This document shows, in pieces, positions 1 through 10,206 of a DNA stretch of 59,712 nucleotides; positions within the stretch are counted from its first letter, which is position 1, and the number at the start of each line of letters is the position of its first letter. A model generated the notes under the pieces. The model ran no database searches and was not told where the DNA came from. It saw only the letters and a list, made by a program, of their open reading frames with translations. The DNA lies in sequence record SRR20825006_884; one strand, 5' to 3'. Position numbers and translations under genes: made by a program.

Positions 1-1
1 C

Positions 2-571
2 CGTGGCACGGTCGGCTTCCTGATGAACGAATTCAACGTCGACAAACTCCCCGACCGTATCAACTCAGCCGAACGCGCCGTCATCTCGCCCCTGCGAATG
101 ACCGTTCGCGACGTACATGATCACGAACACCGCGCCCTTGCGATCAATGAAGTATCGATGTTTCGCCAGACGGCGCAGACGTCGAGGTTCAAGATCACAA
201 TCGACGGCAAGATGCGGATGGACGAGCTGGCCTGTGACGGTTTGATGGTCGCAACGCCAGCGGGATCCACGGCCTACAACTTGTCCGCACATGGCCCGAT
301 CCTGCCGATCGGAGCTGGCCTGCTCGCCCTCACGCCTGTCAGCGCCTTCCGGCCGCGCAGGTGGAAAGGCGCCCTACTTCGGCGCGACGCGCATGTACGT
401 ATTGATGTGATCGCTCCGATCCTGCGTCCCGTTGCCGCTGCCGCGGACAATCAGGAAGTGCGCGACATTGTCAGCGTGGACGTTCAAGAGGACCGGCGTC
501 GGCTTACCATGCTGTTCGATCCAGGGCATGCGCTTGATGAACGCATCTTGCGGGAACAGTTTGGTTTCTGA
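2..571 (+). CDS. nadK: NAD kinase (5' end outside window)
   Basis: Motifs GTVGFLMN, AINEVS and DGLMVATPAGSTAYNLSAHGPI are diagnostic of NAD kinase; the frame is open from the window start. Confidence 0.93.
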   Translation, partial: RGTVGFLMNEFNVDKLPDRINSAERAVISPLRMTVRDVHDHEHRALAINEVSMFRQTAQTSRFKITIDGKMRMDELACDGLMVATPAGSTAYNLSAHGPILPIGAGLLALTPVSAFRPRRWKGALLRRDAHVRIDVIAPILRPVAAAADNQEVRDIVSVDVQEDRRRLTMLFDPGHALDERILREQFGF

Positions 572-647
572 AGCGATTTCAAAGACCTTCGGTCAGGAAA
601 ACGTTAAGGCTTGGACGATACGATTACCCGAACGATAGGGAATCGCG

Positions 648-1211
648 ATGCTCAAGGCTCTGATAAACAAACTGAAACCCAATGCTGGCGCGAAGAGCGA
701 CCAGCCAGCTACCTCAATAACTCCGGATATCAGCCGAGTGATAAAGATGGCCCCCGTTGCACCAGTTGGTGATGCCGCTGTTGCTGCATCGGACGCCGGT
801 CACGATCCGGACGAGCTCGGGGATAGAGCAGAAGCCGCGGTCGAAGACCTGTCATCTCGTTTTGACGCGTGGATGCAGGCGGACCTTGATCGTTTGAAGA
901 GTGCCTGGGGAGCCGCCAAGACTTCCGGTGCCAGCCATGCGGACTACAAATTACTCGAAACTTGCGCGCACAATATTCGCGGTGTTGCCACATCATACGG
1001 ATATCCCGCGGTGTCGCGCCTTTGTGGGTCGCTCTGCAGGTTGCTGTCTGAAACTGAGCCAGGCGAGAATTCTGCGCTGATCAATCTCCATGTCGAGGCC
1101 TGCATGGCCGCTTTTGGATCGATTGGCCGGGGTGACGCAGCCCAATCGGTCGCGAACGCAGTGTGTGATGCCCTTGAAGAGCGGGTCGCCGTGAAGACAG
1201 CAAAGACCTGA
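648..1211 (+). CDS. Hpt (histidine phosphotransfer) domain protein
   Basis: Helical protein with AHNIRGVATSYGYP, an HxxKG/RG-like Hpt signature. Confidence 0.7.
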   Translation: MLKALINKLKPNAGAKSDQPATSITPDISRVIKMAPVAPVGDAAVAASDAGHDPDELGDRAEAAVEDLSSRFDAWMQADLDRLKSAWGAAKTSGASHADYKLLETCAHNIRGVATSYGYPAVSRLCGSLCRLLSETEPGENSALINLHVEACMAAFGSIGRGDAAQSVANAVCDALEERVAVKTAKT

Positions 1212-2051
1212 TCAAGCCGCAGCTTTCGGCTCACTTTCTGACCTGATCAGAAATTCCCGTATCAGGTCGGCGGTCTCTTCAGCGCGCGTCACAAGAAACA
1301 GATGCCCCCCGCCCTCAATGACTTTCAGCTCAGCGTCAGGCAGTGCCACCCGTAATATATGGCCATTGGCGACAGGCACGATCGTGTCCCGGTCTCCCAT
1401 CAAAACCAATGTCGGCATTGTCAGAAAGCGGATGAATGGCAGACTCGACCAGCCGACAAAGGCCAGCAACTGGTAGATATAACCTTTGGGGTCTGGCGGC
1501 AGGAGATTGTCGATATGGCTGCCAGCCTCTCCATCGACGGCTTCGCCATAGAGCGACTCGAAACTCTTCCGCATGAATTCCGGGTCCGAGTAGCGTCGTG
1601 TGTCCACCATTTTGGAGAGCGACTTCGGGTGGCCCGGAATCATCGTCATCCCGGCTGTGGTCGCGCAAAGCACCAGTTTTCCGACGCGGCGGCGATACTG
1701 AAAGGCGAATTGTTGCGCCATGGCCCCGCCCCAAGACACGCCCATCACGTCCACTTCTTCAATATCGTGCAAATCCAGAAGCTTGCGGGCCCAGCGTGCC
1801 AGCATCCAGGGGCGATAAGGCCAGCTGGTCACGGGACTCAAGCCAACGCCGGGCACATCAAAGGTGATGATGTCCCGGTCCGGAAACATGTCGCCAAGAC
1901 CGAGCGTCAGTTCCAGATTGGCTCCAATGCCATTGAAGAACAGCAAAGTCGCCTGCCTCGAATTGGACGCCGATGTCCATCGCGCTGTGCGCAATTCGAT
2001 ACCGTCTACGTCTTGTGTTTCGATGATCGGCATGCGTTTCGGCGACGTCAT
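1212..2051 (-). CDS. phaZ: Intracellular poly(3-hydroxyalkanoate) depolymerase (alpha/beta hydrolase)
   Basis: FNGIGANLEL, FDVPGVG, lipase box GVSWGG and GHLFL as in Pseudomonas PhaZ; directly downstream of phaC. Confidence 0.88.
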   Translation of the reverse strand: MTSPKRMPIIETQDVDGIELRTARWTSASNSRQATLLFFNGIGANLELTLGLGDMFPDRDIITFDVPGVGLSPVTSWPYRPWMLARWARKLLDLHDIEEVDVMGVSWGGAMAQQFAFQYRRRVGKLVLCATTAGMTMIPGHPKSLSKMVDTRRYSDPEFMRKSFESLYGEAVDGEAGSHIDNLLPPDPKGYIYQLLAFVGWSSLPFIRFLTMPTLVLMGDRDTIVPVANGHILRVALPDAELKVIEGGGHLFLVTRAEETADLIREFLIRSESEPKAAA

Positions 2052-2075
2052 GAAGGCTCCCGTGAGATTTTCGGC

Positions 2076-3764
2076 CTATTCGTCAAACACGTAATGGCCC
2101 GGCGCGTCATAGAGAGCCGGGAATGCCTCACCACCGCAAGCGCGGGGCGCAGCTTTCAATGTCTCCGAGCGCTCTTTTAGCCACTCGCCCCAGACAGGCC
2201 ACCAGCTGCCAGCTTCTTCTGTTGCCTTTGCCGCCCAGGTATCGGCATCCGCGTCCAGGTCCGGGTTGCGAAGCATCTTCGCCTTCGGATTGCCTGGTGG
2301 ATTCAATAGGGACTGGATATGTCCGCTGGAAGACAACACGAATTTTATACTCTGTGATCCGAGGAGTTGAGTTGTGCGGTAACACGCCTTCCACGGGGTG
2401 ATGTGATCGGTCAGGCCCCCAACCACAAAAGCGTCGGCTGTCACTTTCGTCAAATCAACTGCGTGTCCAGCCACTTCAAACTCGCCCGGGTGACTGAAAG
2501 GCTGGTTCAGCCCCATGTCGAGATAGTCCGAATGCAATTGCGCCGGCAAGTTCGTGGAGTCGTTGTTCCAGAACAGGATGTCGAAGGGCGGCGGATCCTC
2601 GCCCATCAGGTAGTTATTCACCACATAGTTCCAGACAAGATCATTCGGACGCATCCAGGCAAACATGCGTGCCAGATCATCGCCTTTAAGGATGCCTTTG
2701 CGTCTGGAATATTTCCGGGCGACCTCTAGGCTCTGATCAGACACAATCTGCCCCATCTCACTATCTTCCCGCTGGGGATCCAGGACACATACCATGAAGG
2801 TCAGCGAGTTGATGCGGTCGTCACCTGCTGCTGCGAACAGACTGGCCAATGTCGCCGCCGTGATACCGCCCGAACAGGCGCCGGCGATATTTAGCTTCCC
2901 GGATCGCGTGACCTTGCGGATAACTTCGCTCGCCTGGATCAAGCTGTCGATATAGGCGCTCATGCCCCAATGCGCGTGCTCTTTCTGAGGATTGCGCCAG
3001 GACACAACAAAGGTCTGCATTTGCTGCGCCATCAGGAACTGGACCATTGAGATCGCGGGAGACAGATCCATCGCATAAAACTTGTTGATCTGTGGTGGGA
3101 CGATCAGAACTGGCGTGCGGTGAACCTTGTCGGTAATTGGCTCGTACTGGATCAGTTCCAGCATCTCATTTTTCCAGATCACCTTGCCGCGCGACATTGC
3201 GAGATTCTTGCCGACCTCGAAGGGTCGCTTGTCTACCTGACTCGGCAAACCACCATTTTTTGTGACGTCCGTATACGCATTCTTCAGCCCCTTCAGCAGG
3301 GACATGCCTCCTGACTCCACCACTTTCTTGCTGGCGGCCGGATTGCCGAGCAGGGTGTTGGTGGGTGCCAAGGCGTCAGTAATCATGCTGGTCAGGAACT
3401 TCGCCCGCGCATGTTCCAACTCCGTCATGCTGAGATTGGCCACCCAGTCATTCAGATGCTCCTGAGTCGACAGATAAGCTTGCATACCGCGCTTGTAGAA
3501 GGGGCTCTCAGACCAGGTCGAATCCTTGAAACGGCGATCGCGAGGATCTGCCGCCCGATCGGACCTGCCCATCAAGATCTTCGCGCCGTCAGCTGCCATC
3601 CGGCTGGCAGCTTTCGCTGTAATGGCGGGATTTTTCATGGTCGAGCGCAACATCATGGCTACTGCGCCGACCATCTCCTGCGGGTCGGAACCGGACAAGA
3701 ACGGGTTCACGTCCTTGAATGCCGTAGCCGCCTTGTTTGCGTAGTCTTTCTTCGGGCGCGTCAT
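2076..3764 (-). CDS. phaC: Class II poly(R)-hydroxyalkanoate synthase
   Basis: PPQINKFY, catalytic box GACSGG (class II type), FAWMRPNDLVWNY, DHITPW, SGHIQS; start placed at the ATG after GGGGAGAGG (ORF track extends to 3803). Confidence 0.93.
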   Translation of the reverse strand: MTRPKKDYANKAATAFKDVNPFLSGSDPQEMVGAVAMMLRSTMKNPAITAKAASRMAADGAKILMGRSDRAADPRDRRFKDSTWSESPFYKRGMQAYLSTQEHLNDWVANLSMTELEHARAKFLTSMITDALAPTNTLLGNPAASKKVVESGGMSLLKGLKNAYTDVTKNGGLPSQVDKRPFEVGKNLAMSRGKVIWKNEMLELIQYEPITDKVHRTPVLIVPPQINKFYAMDLSPAISMVQFLMAQQMQTFVVSWRNPQKEHAHWGMSAYIDSLIQASEVIRKVTRSGKLNIAGACSGGITAATLASLFAAAGDDRINSLTFMVCVLDPQREDSEMGQIVSDQSLEVARKYSRRKGILKGDDLARMFAWMRPNDLVWNYVVNNYLMGEDPPPFDILFWNNDSTNLPAQLHSDYLDMGLNQPFSHPGEFEVAGHAVDLTKVTADAFVVGGLTDHITPWKACYRTTQLLGSQSIKFVLSSSGHIQSLLNPPGNPKAKMLRNPDLDADADTWAAKATEEAGSWWPVWGEWLKERSETLKAAPRACGGEAFPALYDAPGHYVFDE

Positions 3765-3919
3765 GCCCCTCTCCCCTTGGGTCTGCCCAGTCATTCCCAC
3801 CAAACGTGGCGACTGGATCTTTTATTGGGCCTCTTTCGCATTCGGAAAAAGGTTACATCAAAATTTCAAATAAAATTCGTTCCATAGTGAGAATTGCGTG
3901 TCAAACACCATATCAGACC

Positions 3920-4552
3920 ATGAAAACACGCGATCGCATACTTCACGTTAGTTTGCTTCTCTTCAATGAAGAAGGAGAAGCCCAGCAGACGGCTGTTGAT
4001 ATTTCGAATGCGCTCGATATCAGCCCTGGCAACCTCTATTACCATTTCAAGGGCAAGGACGCGATCATCCATGCCCTGTTTGACCGGTTCGAGGACGAGA
4101 TGCGCATCATCCTGAGCGGGTCCCGTGGCCGGATTACCAGTCTGGAGGACAGCTGGGTCTACCTCTACATCATTCTCGAAGAAATTTACGACTTTCGGTT
4201 TTTTTATCGCGATCTTGGACTATTGCTCGATCGGTATCCTGACCTTGCCAAACGGTTCAGATCCATCCTGTCGCGGATGCGGACCGCGCTTGTTGATGTG
4301 CTGGATGAATTGACCGCGGGATCGGTGTTGCGGCTGGATCCGCGTCTGAGAGAAGTTCTGACAGACCAATTCATGACGACCCTGACCTTTTGGTTGGCGG
4401 AGGATCATTTGAATGCGGACAGCCATGATGGGCCAACCTTGATCCACAGGACTGTGCTTCAGGTCATGTGCCTGTTGCCACCCTATATGGGTGACCGGGG
4501 TGTGGAGACGCTGACAGATCTCTTCGAGCATTACGACACCGTCGTCGCATAA
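3920..4552 (+). CDS. phaD: TetR-family regulator, PhaD-like
   Basis: MKTRDRIL...ISPGNLYYHFKGK HTH closely resembles PhaD; lies in the pha locus. Confidence 0.85.
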   Translation: MKTRDRILHVSLLLFNEEGEAQQTAVDISNALDISPGNLYYHFKGKDAIIHALFDRFEDEMRIILSGSRGRITSLEDSWVYLYIILEEIYDFRFFYRDLGLLLDRYPDLAKRFRSILSRMRTALVDVLDELTAGSVLRLDPRLREVLTDQFMTTLTFWLAEDHLNADSHDGPTLIHRTVLQVMCLLPPYMGDRGVETLTDLFEHYDTVVA

Positions 4553-4553
4553 G

Positions 4554-4582
4554 AAAAGGGCGGTCCCTCACGGAACCGCCCT
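4554..4582 (-). terminator. Rho-independent terminator between convergent phaD and phaF-like genes
   Basis: AGGGCGGT...ACCGCCCT stem with a flanking A-tract (U-tract on the minus strand). Confidence 0.7.
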
Positions 4583-4606
4583 CGCCTGTTTCATGATTGT
4601 GCCGGA

Positions 4607-5551
4607 CTACTTCATCAGCACTTTGGCTTGTTTGACCCATTCATCGCGGGCGATACGGCCACGCGCCATTATCTTGGCGTCCAGGGCCTGAATGTCTGCC
4701 GCCTTGAGCGCGGCGATATCGGCAAAGCTCTTGATACCCGCCGCTTTCAACTTGGCGGCTAGTGCAGGGCCGACCCCTGTCATGAGCGTGAAGTCATCCG
4801 CCTTGGTTGACGCGGCAGAGGCCGGTTTTGCCTTTGCGACAGGCTTGGCTTTTGCAGATGTCTTCGGTTTAGCCTCCGCTGGCTTTGCGACGGCGTCCTG
4901 AACAGCCTTTGATGTGCGTTGGGCCGCCTTCTTGCTCGTCTTAACAAGATCCGCACCGGACTCCGTTGCCACAGCTTCGATCTCTTCGGTCAGCCGTGAA
5001 ATACGCTGCTTCAGATCATTGCTGCGGTCTTTGGTTTTGGACCGAGCCTTCGAAACCGTTTCAGCAACTTCGTCTTCCAGTTTGTCGAGCTTGGCGGCGA
5101 GCTTGCCACCTTTCTTGCCGAGGCCCTTCACGCCCAGCAAGTCGCGCATGCGTTCCATCCGAGCTTCAAACTCGTCACGTGCCTGAGTCTGGAATTCGCG
5201 GGCGACGCTGGCATATTTGGCCGCGTTCTTCGAAGCGTTCTGAACAACATCATTGTCCTGAACGCGTGCGCGGACGTCATGCTCAATCTCTTCGCCACGC
5301 TTGACGAGGTCTTCGAACAATTCGGTGGACTGCTTGTTGAACGTCTTCGTATTGGCGATTGCCTTGTCATAGGCTTTGCCATAGGCGCCAACGCCTGCGA
5401 GCCAGATCTTGTGTGCCATGTCGGCCGTGTTTGGCTCAGGCGCTTTGGAAGCCTTCTTTGCCTTGGCTGGCTTCTTGGTGGATTTGGAGGCTTTTGCGCT
5501 CGCGGCTTTTGCCGACTTCGCTTTCGCCTTCTTCTCATTTTTCTTGGCCAT
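4607..5551 (-). CDS. PhaF/PhaI-like phasin with Lys/Ala-rich segments and a C-terminal helix-hairpin-helix domain
   Basis: KIWLAGVGAYGKA...FEDLVKRGE phasin motif; AKP-rich linker; C-terminal DDFTLMTGVGP...GIKSFADIA HhH-like domain; AAGGAG RBS before the ATG at 5551. Confidence 0.8.
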   Translation of the reverse strand: MAKKNEKKAKAKSAKAASAKASKSTKKPAKAKKASKAPEPNTADMAHKIWLAGVGAYGKAYDKAIANTKTFNKQSTELFEDLVKRGEEIEHDVRARVQDNDVVQNASKNAAKYASVAREFQTQARDEFEARMERMRDLLGVKGLGKKGGKLAAKLDKLEDEVAETVSKARSKTKDRSNDLKQRISRLTEEIEAVATESGADLVKTSKKAAQRTSKAVQDAVAKPAEAKPKTSAKAKPVAKAKPASAASTKADDFTLMTGVGPALAAKLKAAGIKSFADIAALKAADIQALDAKIMARGRIARDEWVKQAKVLMK

Positions 5552-5694
5552 GTGTGGCGCTCCTTTATCCGTAAGTTTCAATGGGACAGGACGTATCGAA
5601 AATTCCTAGAATCTTCATACTAATCGCTGCCCCCCTTGAAACAGAAGACCGAATGCCCTGTATCTGACAGGCACACACCAAGGAGAGCAAAGAC

Positions 5695-6396
5695 ATGAGC
5701 GAAGTTGATTACACTGTCGATGGCAAGACCTATGAGGGCTACTTCCTACGCCCAAAGGGCAAGGATACAGCTCCAGTCGTCGTGATCGCCCATGCATGGG
5801 GCGGCCTGGGCGACAATGAGCGCGAGAAGGCCGAACGCATAGCAAAGCTTGGTTATGCCGCTTTCGCCATGGACGTCTATGGCAAGGGAAAGCGCGGCAC
5901 GACGGTCGAAGAGAACCAAGCCCTCATGAATCCTCTTGTTGGCGACCGGGCCGAATTGCAGAAGCGCCTTGCAGGTGGCCTTGCTGCCGCAAAGCAACAA
6001 GTGGGTGTTGACCCAACGAAAGCGGCAGCCATCGGCTTCTGTTTTGGGGGTCTCGCCGTTCTGGACATGGCTCGCGCCAATCATGAGGTTCTGGGCGTAG
6101 CCTCATTCCACGGCCTATTCCGCCCAGCCGAAAATGTGCCGGCACCGAAGATCACCGTGAAAGTGATGATCGAGCATGGCTGGCATGATCCAATGGCCAC
6201 TCCGGAAGACGTGATGGCCATTACGAAGGAACTGGACGGGTCAGGTGCGGACTGGCAATTGCACGTGCACGGTAATTCCATGCACTCCTTCACGACGCTT
6301 GGCGCTGATAACAAGGAAATGGGTACGGTCTACAACGCAGATTCAGACCGTCGCAGCTTTGAAAACCTCGAAAACCTCCTGTCTGAACTTTTCTAG
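5695..6396 (+). CDS. Dienelactone hydrolase family protein
   Basis: HAWGG, nucleophile motif IGFCFGG, SFHG, HSFT. Confidence 0.9.
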   Translation: MSEVDYTVDGKTYEGYFLRPKGKDTAPVVVIAHAWGGLGDNEREKAERIAKLGYAAFAMDVYGKGKRGTTVEENQALMNPLVGDRAELQKRLAGGLAAAKQQVGVDPTKAAAIGFCFGGLAVLDMARANHEVLGVASFHGLFRPAENVPAPKITVKVMIEHGWHDPMATPEDVMAITKELDGSGADWQLHVHGNSMHSFTTLGADNKEMGTVYNADSDRRSFENLENLLSELF

Positions 6397-7079
6397 TCAG
6401 CTCGAAGGGCATACCCGGCGGAGCGGACGGTCCGGATCGGATCGTCCCCGCCTTCCTGACGCAATGCCTTGCGCAGACGCCCGACATGCACGTCTACGGT
6501 CCGCGCCTCGACATAAACGTCCGAGCCCCAGACTGTGTCGAGCAATTGCTCGCGTGAAAACACACGTCCCGGATGCTGCATGAAATAGTCCAGCAAGCGA
6601 AACTCGGTCGGCCCGAGATGGATATCCTGCCCATTCCGGGCGACCTTGTGCGCGACCCGGTCAATCTCGATATCCCCTACTGTAATTCGGTCATCCTTCA
6701 GGCCGGGACGAATACGGCGCAACACGGCGCGAACACGCGCCATCAATTCGGTCGTTGAAAAAGGCTTGGTGACGTAATCATCGGCGCCGGTATCGAGCCC
6801 CCGAATGCGGTCACTTTCTTCGCCCCGTGCGGTCAACATGATGATCGGCAAGTTCGGATTGGCCCCGCCACTGCGGATCCGACGGCAGACTTCGATGCCG
6901 CTGACCTTGGGAAGCATCCAGTCAAGCAACAGCAGATCTGGTGCGCGCTCCTCGATCATCAGCATCGCTTCTTCACCATCGCTGGCAATTGCGACCTCAT
7001 AGTCCTCTTTCTTGAGATTGTAGAAAAGCAACTCCGAAACGGCGCTCTCATCTTCAGCGATAAGCACATAGGGCTTCAT
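6393..7079 (-). CDS. phoB: Phosphate regulon response regulator PhoB
   Basis: REC domain (LLDWMLP) plus OmpR wHTH (GPTEFRLL, RTVDVHVGRLRKAL); last gene of the pst-phoU operon. Confidence 0.96.
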   Translation of the reverse strand: MKPYVLIAEDESAVSELLFYNLKKEDYEVAIASDGEEAMLMIEERAPDLLLLDWMLPKVSGIEVCRRIRSGGANPNLPIIMLTARGEESDRIRGLDTGADDYVTKPFSTTELMARVRAVLRRIRPGLKDDRITVGDIEIDRVAHKVARNGQDIHLGPTEFRLLDYFMQHPGRVFSREQLLDTVWGSDVYVEARTVDVHVGRLRKALRQEGGDDPIRTVRSAGYALRAD

Positions 7080-7105
7080 GACAGATCCTCTTGTCCTACG
7101 TCTTT

Positions 7106-7798
7106 TCAGACGCCCGTATTGGGGGCTTTCGGGCGCTCATGGGGCATGAGATATTCGCCAGTGATTTGAAAGTAAATGAATTCTGCGATGTTCGTGCAGT
7201 GGTCGCCGATGCGTTCAAGGTTTTTGGCCATGAACAACATATGCGCTCCAGCACCGATGGTGCGCGGATCCTCGATCATGTAAGTGATCATTTCCCGGAA
7301 CAATGAATTATAGTGCTGGTCGATGTCGTCATCGCTTTCCCAGACCATTTTGGCGGTCTCGGCATTGCTGGTCGCATAAGCATCCAACACGGAATGCAAT
7401 TGCAGTGACACCGGGCGTGCCATGCGCGCTACGCCGTGGCGCATCATGGACGGGACAGCATCATCCAGCATCAGGGTGCGTTTGCCGATATTCTTCGAAA
7501 GATCACCAATCCGCTCCAGCTCACCCGCCGTCTTCAGCGCCGCAAAGACCGACCGCAGATCATGAGCCATGGGCTGGCGGCGCGCGATCAGACTCACAAT
7601 CTGGCGCTCCACTTCTTCTTCCAGCCGGTCGACACTGGGATCGCGGGAGATCACATCCTTTGCGAGTTCCTTGTCATTGCGGTCTACCGCCTGGCAGGAA
7701 TCCAGGATCATCGTTTCCACAATGCCGCCCATACGCATGAGATCGGCAGCGATCTTGTCGAGCTCGTCTGTAAATGCTGAGACGATGTGATCTGCCAT
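7106..7798 (-). CDS. phoU: Phosphate signaling protein PhoU
   Basis: RQPMAHDLR, LERIGD repeated twice, NIAE. Confidence 0.96.
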   Translation of the reverse strand: MADHIVSAFTDELDKIAADLMRMGGIVETMILDSCQAVDRNDKELAKDVISRDPSVDRLEEEVERQIVSLIARRQPMAHDLRSVFAALKTAGELERIGDLSKNIGKRTLMLDDAVPSMMRHGVARMARPVSLQLHSVLDAYATSNAETAKMVWESDDDIDQHYNSLFREMITYMIEDPRTIGAGAHMLFMAKNLERIGDHCTNIAEFIYFQITGEYLMPHERPKAPNTGV

Positions 7799-7807
7799 GC
7801 AGTCTCC

Positions 7808-8638
7808 CTATCCGAACCGGCCGGTGATGTAGTCTTCAGTGCGCCGCTCACGCGGGCTGGTGAATATTTGGTCGGTGTCGCCCATCTCAACGAGGTGGCC
7901 AAGATGGAAGAAGGCCGTGCGTTGCGACACTCGCGCTGCCTGTTGCATGGAATGGGTCACGATTACAATGCAATAGCGCTTTCTGAGCTCGTCAATCAGT
8001 TCTTCGATCCGTGCCGTTGCAATCGGATCCAGAGAAGAACACGGCTCATCCATCAAAATAACCTCAGGTCGCACGGCGATTGCGCGGGCAATGCACAAGC
8101 GCTGCTGCTGCCCACCTGACAGGCTGGTGCCGGGCTGGGTGAGCCGGTCTTTAACTTCCTGCCACAGACCGGCGCGGCGCAGGCTTTTCTCGACGATGGC
8201 ATCGAGTTCCTGGCGATCGTCTACGAGTCCATGAATGCGCGGCCCATAAGCGATGTTATCGTAAATGGATTTCGGAAACGGGTTGGGCTTCTGGAACACC
8301 ATGCCGACACGCGACCGCAATAGCACCGGGTCGACATCTGGCGAATTGATGTTCTCACCATCCATGAAGATGTCGCCGGTCACCTTCGCTCCATCAATCG
8401 TATCGTTCATACGGTTCAGGCAGCGCAGAAAGGTGGATTTTCCACACCCGGATGGGCCAATCAGCGCTGTAACCGAACGGTCGAAAACTGGCAGCGACAC
8501 ATCGAACACGGCCTGTTTGCCGCTGTAAAAGACGTTGACGTCCTGACAATTGATGCGGGGATAAACCAGCGCCTGCGCCTGGTCAGCGCCTTCTCCGGTC
8601 AAAGCCGGATCGTGATCTGTCTGGGCCGTGGTATCCAT
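7808..8638 (-). CDS. pstB: Phosphate ABC transporter ATP-binding protein
   Basis: [47 protein letters not shown]. Confidence 0.96.
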   Translation of the reverse strand: MDTTAQTDHDPALTGEGADQAQALVYPRINCQDVNVFYSGKQAVFDVSLPVFDRSVTALIGPSGCGKSTFLRCLNRMNDTIDGAKVTGDIFMDGENINSPDVDPVLLRSRVGMVFQKPNPFPKSIYDNIAYGPRIHGLVDDRQELDAIVEKSLRRAGLWQEVKDRLTQPGTSLSGGQQQRLCIARAIAVRPEVILMDEPCSSLDPIATARIEELIDELRKRYCIVIVTHSMQQAARVSQRTAFFHLGHLVEMGDTDQIFTSPRERRTEDYITGRFG

Positions 8639-10206
8639 TACCATCTCCGCTCGAATTTGCGTCGCAACATAACGACGATGACATTCATTGTAACAAGAAG
8701 CGCCAGAAGGATCACGATAACTGCAGCCGTCATCGGCTCCCAGGCGCGCTCCGCATTTGACGCCCAGCTATAGATCAGCACCGGTAGCGCAGTTGCCTCG
8801 TCGGTCGTCGAGGACGGCACTTCCGCAACAAATGCCACCATTCCAATCAGAAGCAATGGTGCTGTCTCCCCCAATGCGCGCGCCATTCCGAGGATTGCGC
8901 CGGTCAACATGCCCGGAAAGGCGAGCGGCAGAACATGGTGAAACACGGCCTGCATTCGAGACGCGCCAACAGCGAGCGCGCCACTTCGGATAGACGGGGG
9001 CACAGCCCTGAGGGCTGCGCGGGCAGCGATGATCACAACCGGCAGGATCAGCAAAGCCAGAACGAGACCGCCCACCAGAGGCGCCGATCGCGGCAAACCG
9101 AACGTGCCGAGCAACAAGGTTGCCCCCAACAGGCCAAAGACGATGGACGGTACCGCTGCCAGATTGTTGATGTTCACCTCAATCAGTTGAGTCAGCCGAT
9201 TCTTCGGCGCGAACTCCTCAAGGAATATGGCGGCAAAAATGCCCATGGGGATGGCAACCATGCCAGTAACCAGCATCGTCAACAGAGATCCAACAATTGC
9301 CGCTAGAGATCCCGCAAGTTCCGGATATGTGCTGTCTGTGCTGGTCAAGAGGCTCGTATGGGGCACGCGCCGAATGATACCTTCCGATTTCAAGGCCAAT
9401 GCCCATGCGATCTGCAAATCAGAAATCGTCCGGTTGCTCTCGGGAACGGCCACGATCAGACCCTTCAACTGCTTGCCTTGAAAGTCTGCGAGATCGCCAG
9501 CCAGTATCTCGAACCCGGCGGTCTGGTCTTGCAAATCTGTTAGACGCGCCACTGCGCTGTCGGCGATCACCAATACCGATGGCGCGCCTTGCTGCGATCC
9601 GAGCGCTGTGAGCGAGGAAAGAACGGACTCCAAGGCCGGATGCCTCAGGACCATTTCATCCGTACCCTGCCCCAGGCTGATTTGTGCGCCCTGTCCAAGC
9701 CGGAACGGTATGCTGCGCGGCGACGACCGCTTCAGGAACAGGTCGACATCATCCGAAACGGGAACCTGGATCGAGACCGTCTGGTCAATCAATGTAGGAT
9801 TTTTCGCCACCCGACGCGCGAGCGGCAAAACCGCCAGCCGGTCAATCAAGGCGCTGAAGTCCTTCCGTACTGCGGGAGTGTCTTCCAGGTTAGCGAATTC
9901 CGCAAAAAGGTCATCCCGCACCAGCGTGTAGAAGCCTTCGATATTTCGGGTGATTTCTTCTGGCGAGGCATTGCCATCGGGTACAATGCGGTCAGCCTCG
10001 AGCACGATATCAGTCTTCACCACATGATAGGTGACCGCGCTGCTCGCCTTCCAGGCAATCGCGCAGATCAAGAAAACCAAAGAGAAAAGTGCAAAGCCAA
10101 GGGCCACGAGCCCATACACCCGGAATCGCGTGTCCGCAGCGCGGCGGCGGCGCAGGTGCTTCAAGGCCTTTTCTGACCGAAGCGGTGTTTCCACGGGACT
10201 ACTCAT
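8638..10206 (-). CDS. pstA: Phosphate ABC transporter permease PstA (large periplasmic insertion)
   Basis: [19 protein letters not shown] and [10 protein letters not shown] motifs. Confidence 0.93.
   Translation of the reverse strand: MSSPVETPLRSEKALKHLRRRRAADTRFRVYGLVALGFALFSLVFLICAIAWKASSAVTYHVVKTDIVLEADRIVPDGNASPEEITRNIEGFYTLVRDDLFAEFANLEDTPAVRKDFSALIDRLAVLPLARRVAKNPTLIDQTVSIQVPVSDDVDLFLKRSSPRSIPFRLGQGAQISLGQGTDEMVLRHPALESVLSSLTALGSQQGAPSVLVIADSAVARLTDLQDQTAGFEILAGDLADFQGKQLKGLIVAVPESNRTISDLQIAWALALKSEGIIRRVPHTSLLTSTDSTYPELAGSLAAIVGSLLTMLVTGMVAIPMGIFAAIFLEEFAPKNRLTQLIEVNINNLAAVPSIVFGLLGATLLLGTFGLPRSAPLVGGLVLALLILPVVIIAARAALRAVPPSIRSGALAVGASRMQAVFHHVLPLAFPGMLTGAILGMARALGETAPLLLIGMVAFVAEVPSSTTDEATALPVLIYSWASNAERAWEPMTAAVIVILLALLVTMNVIVVMLRRKFERRW

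Noticed and set aside
593-608. TCAG-N7-TTAAG upstream of the Hpt gene as a CtrA site
   Set aside because: Only one good half-site; too weak to call
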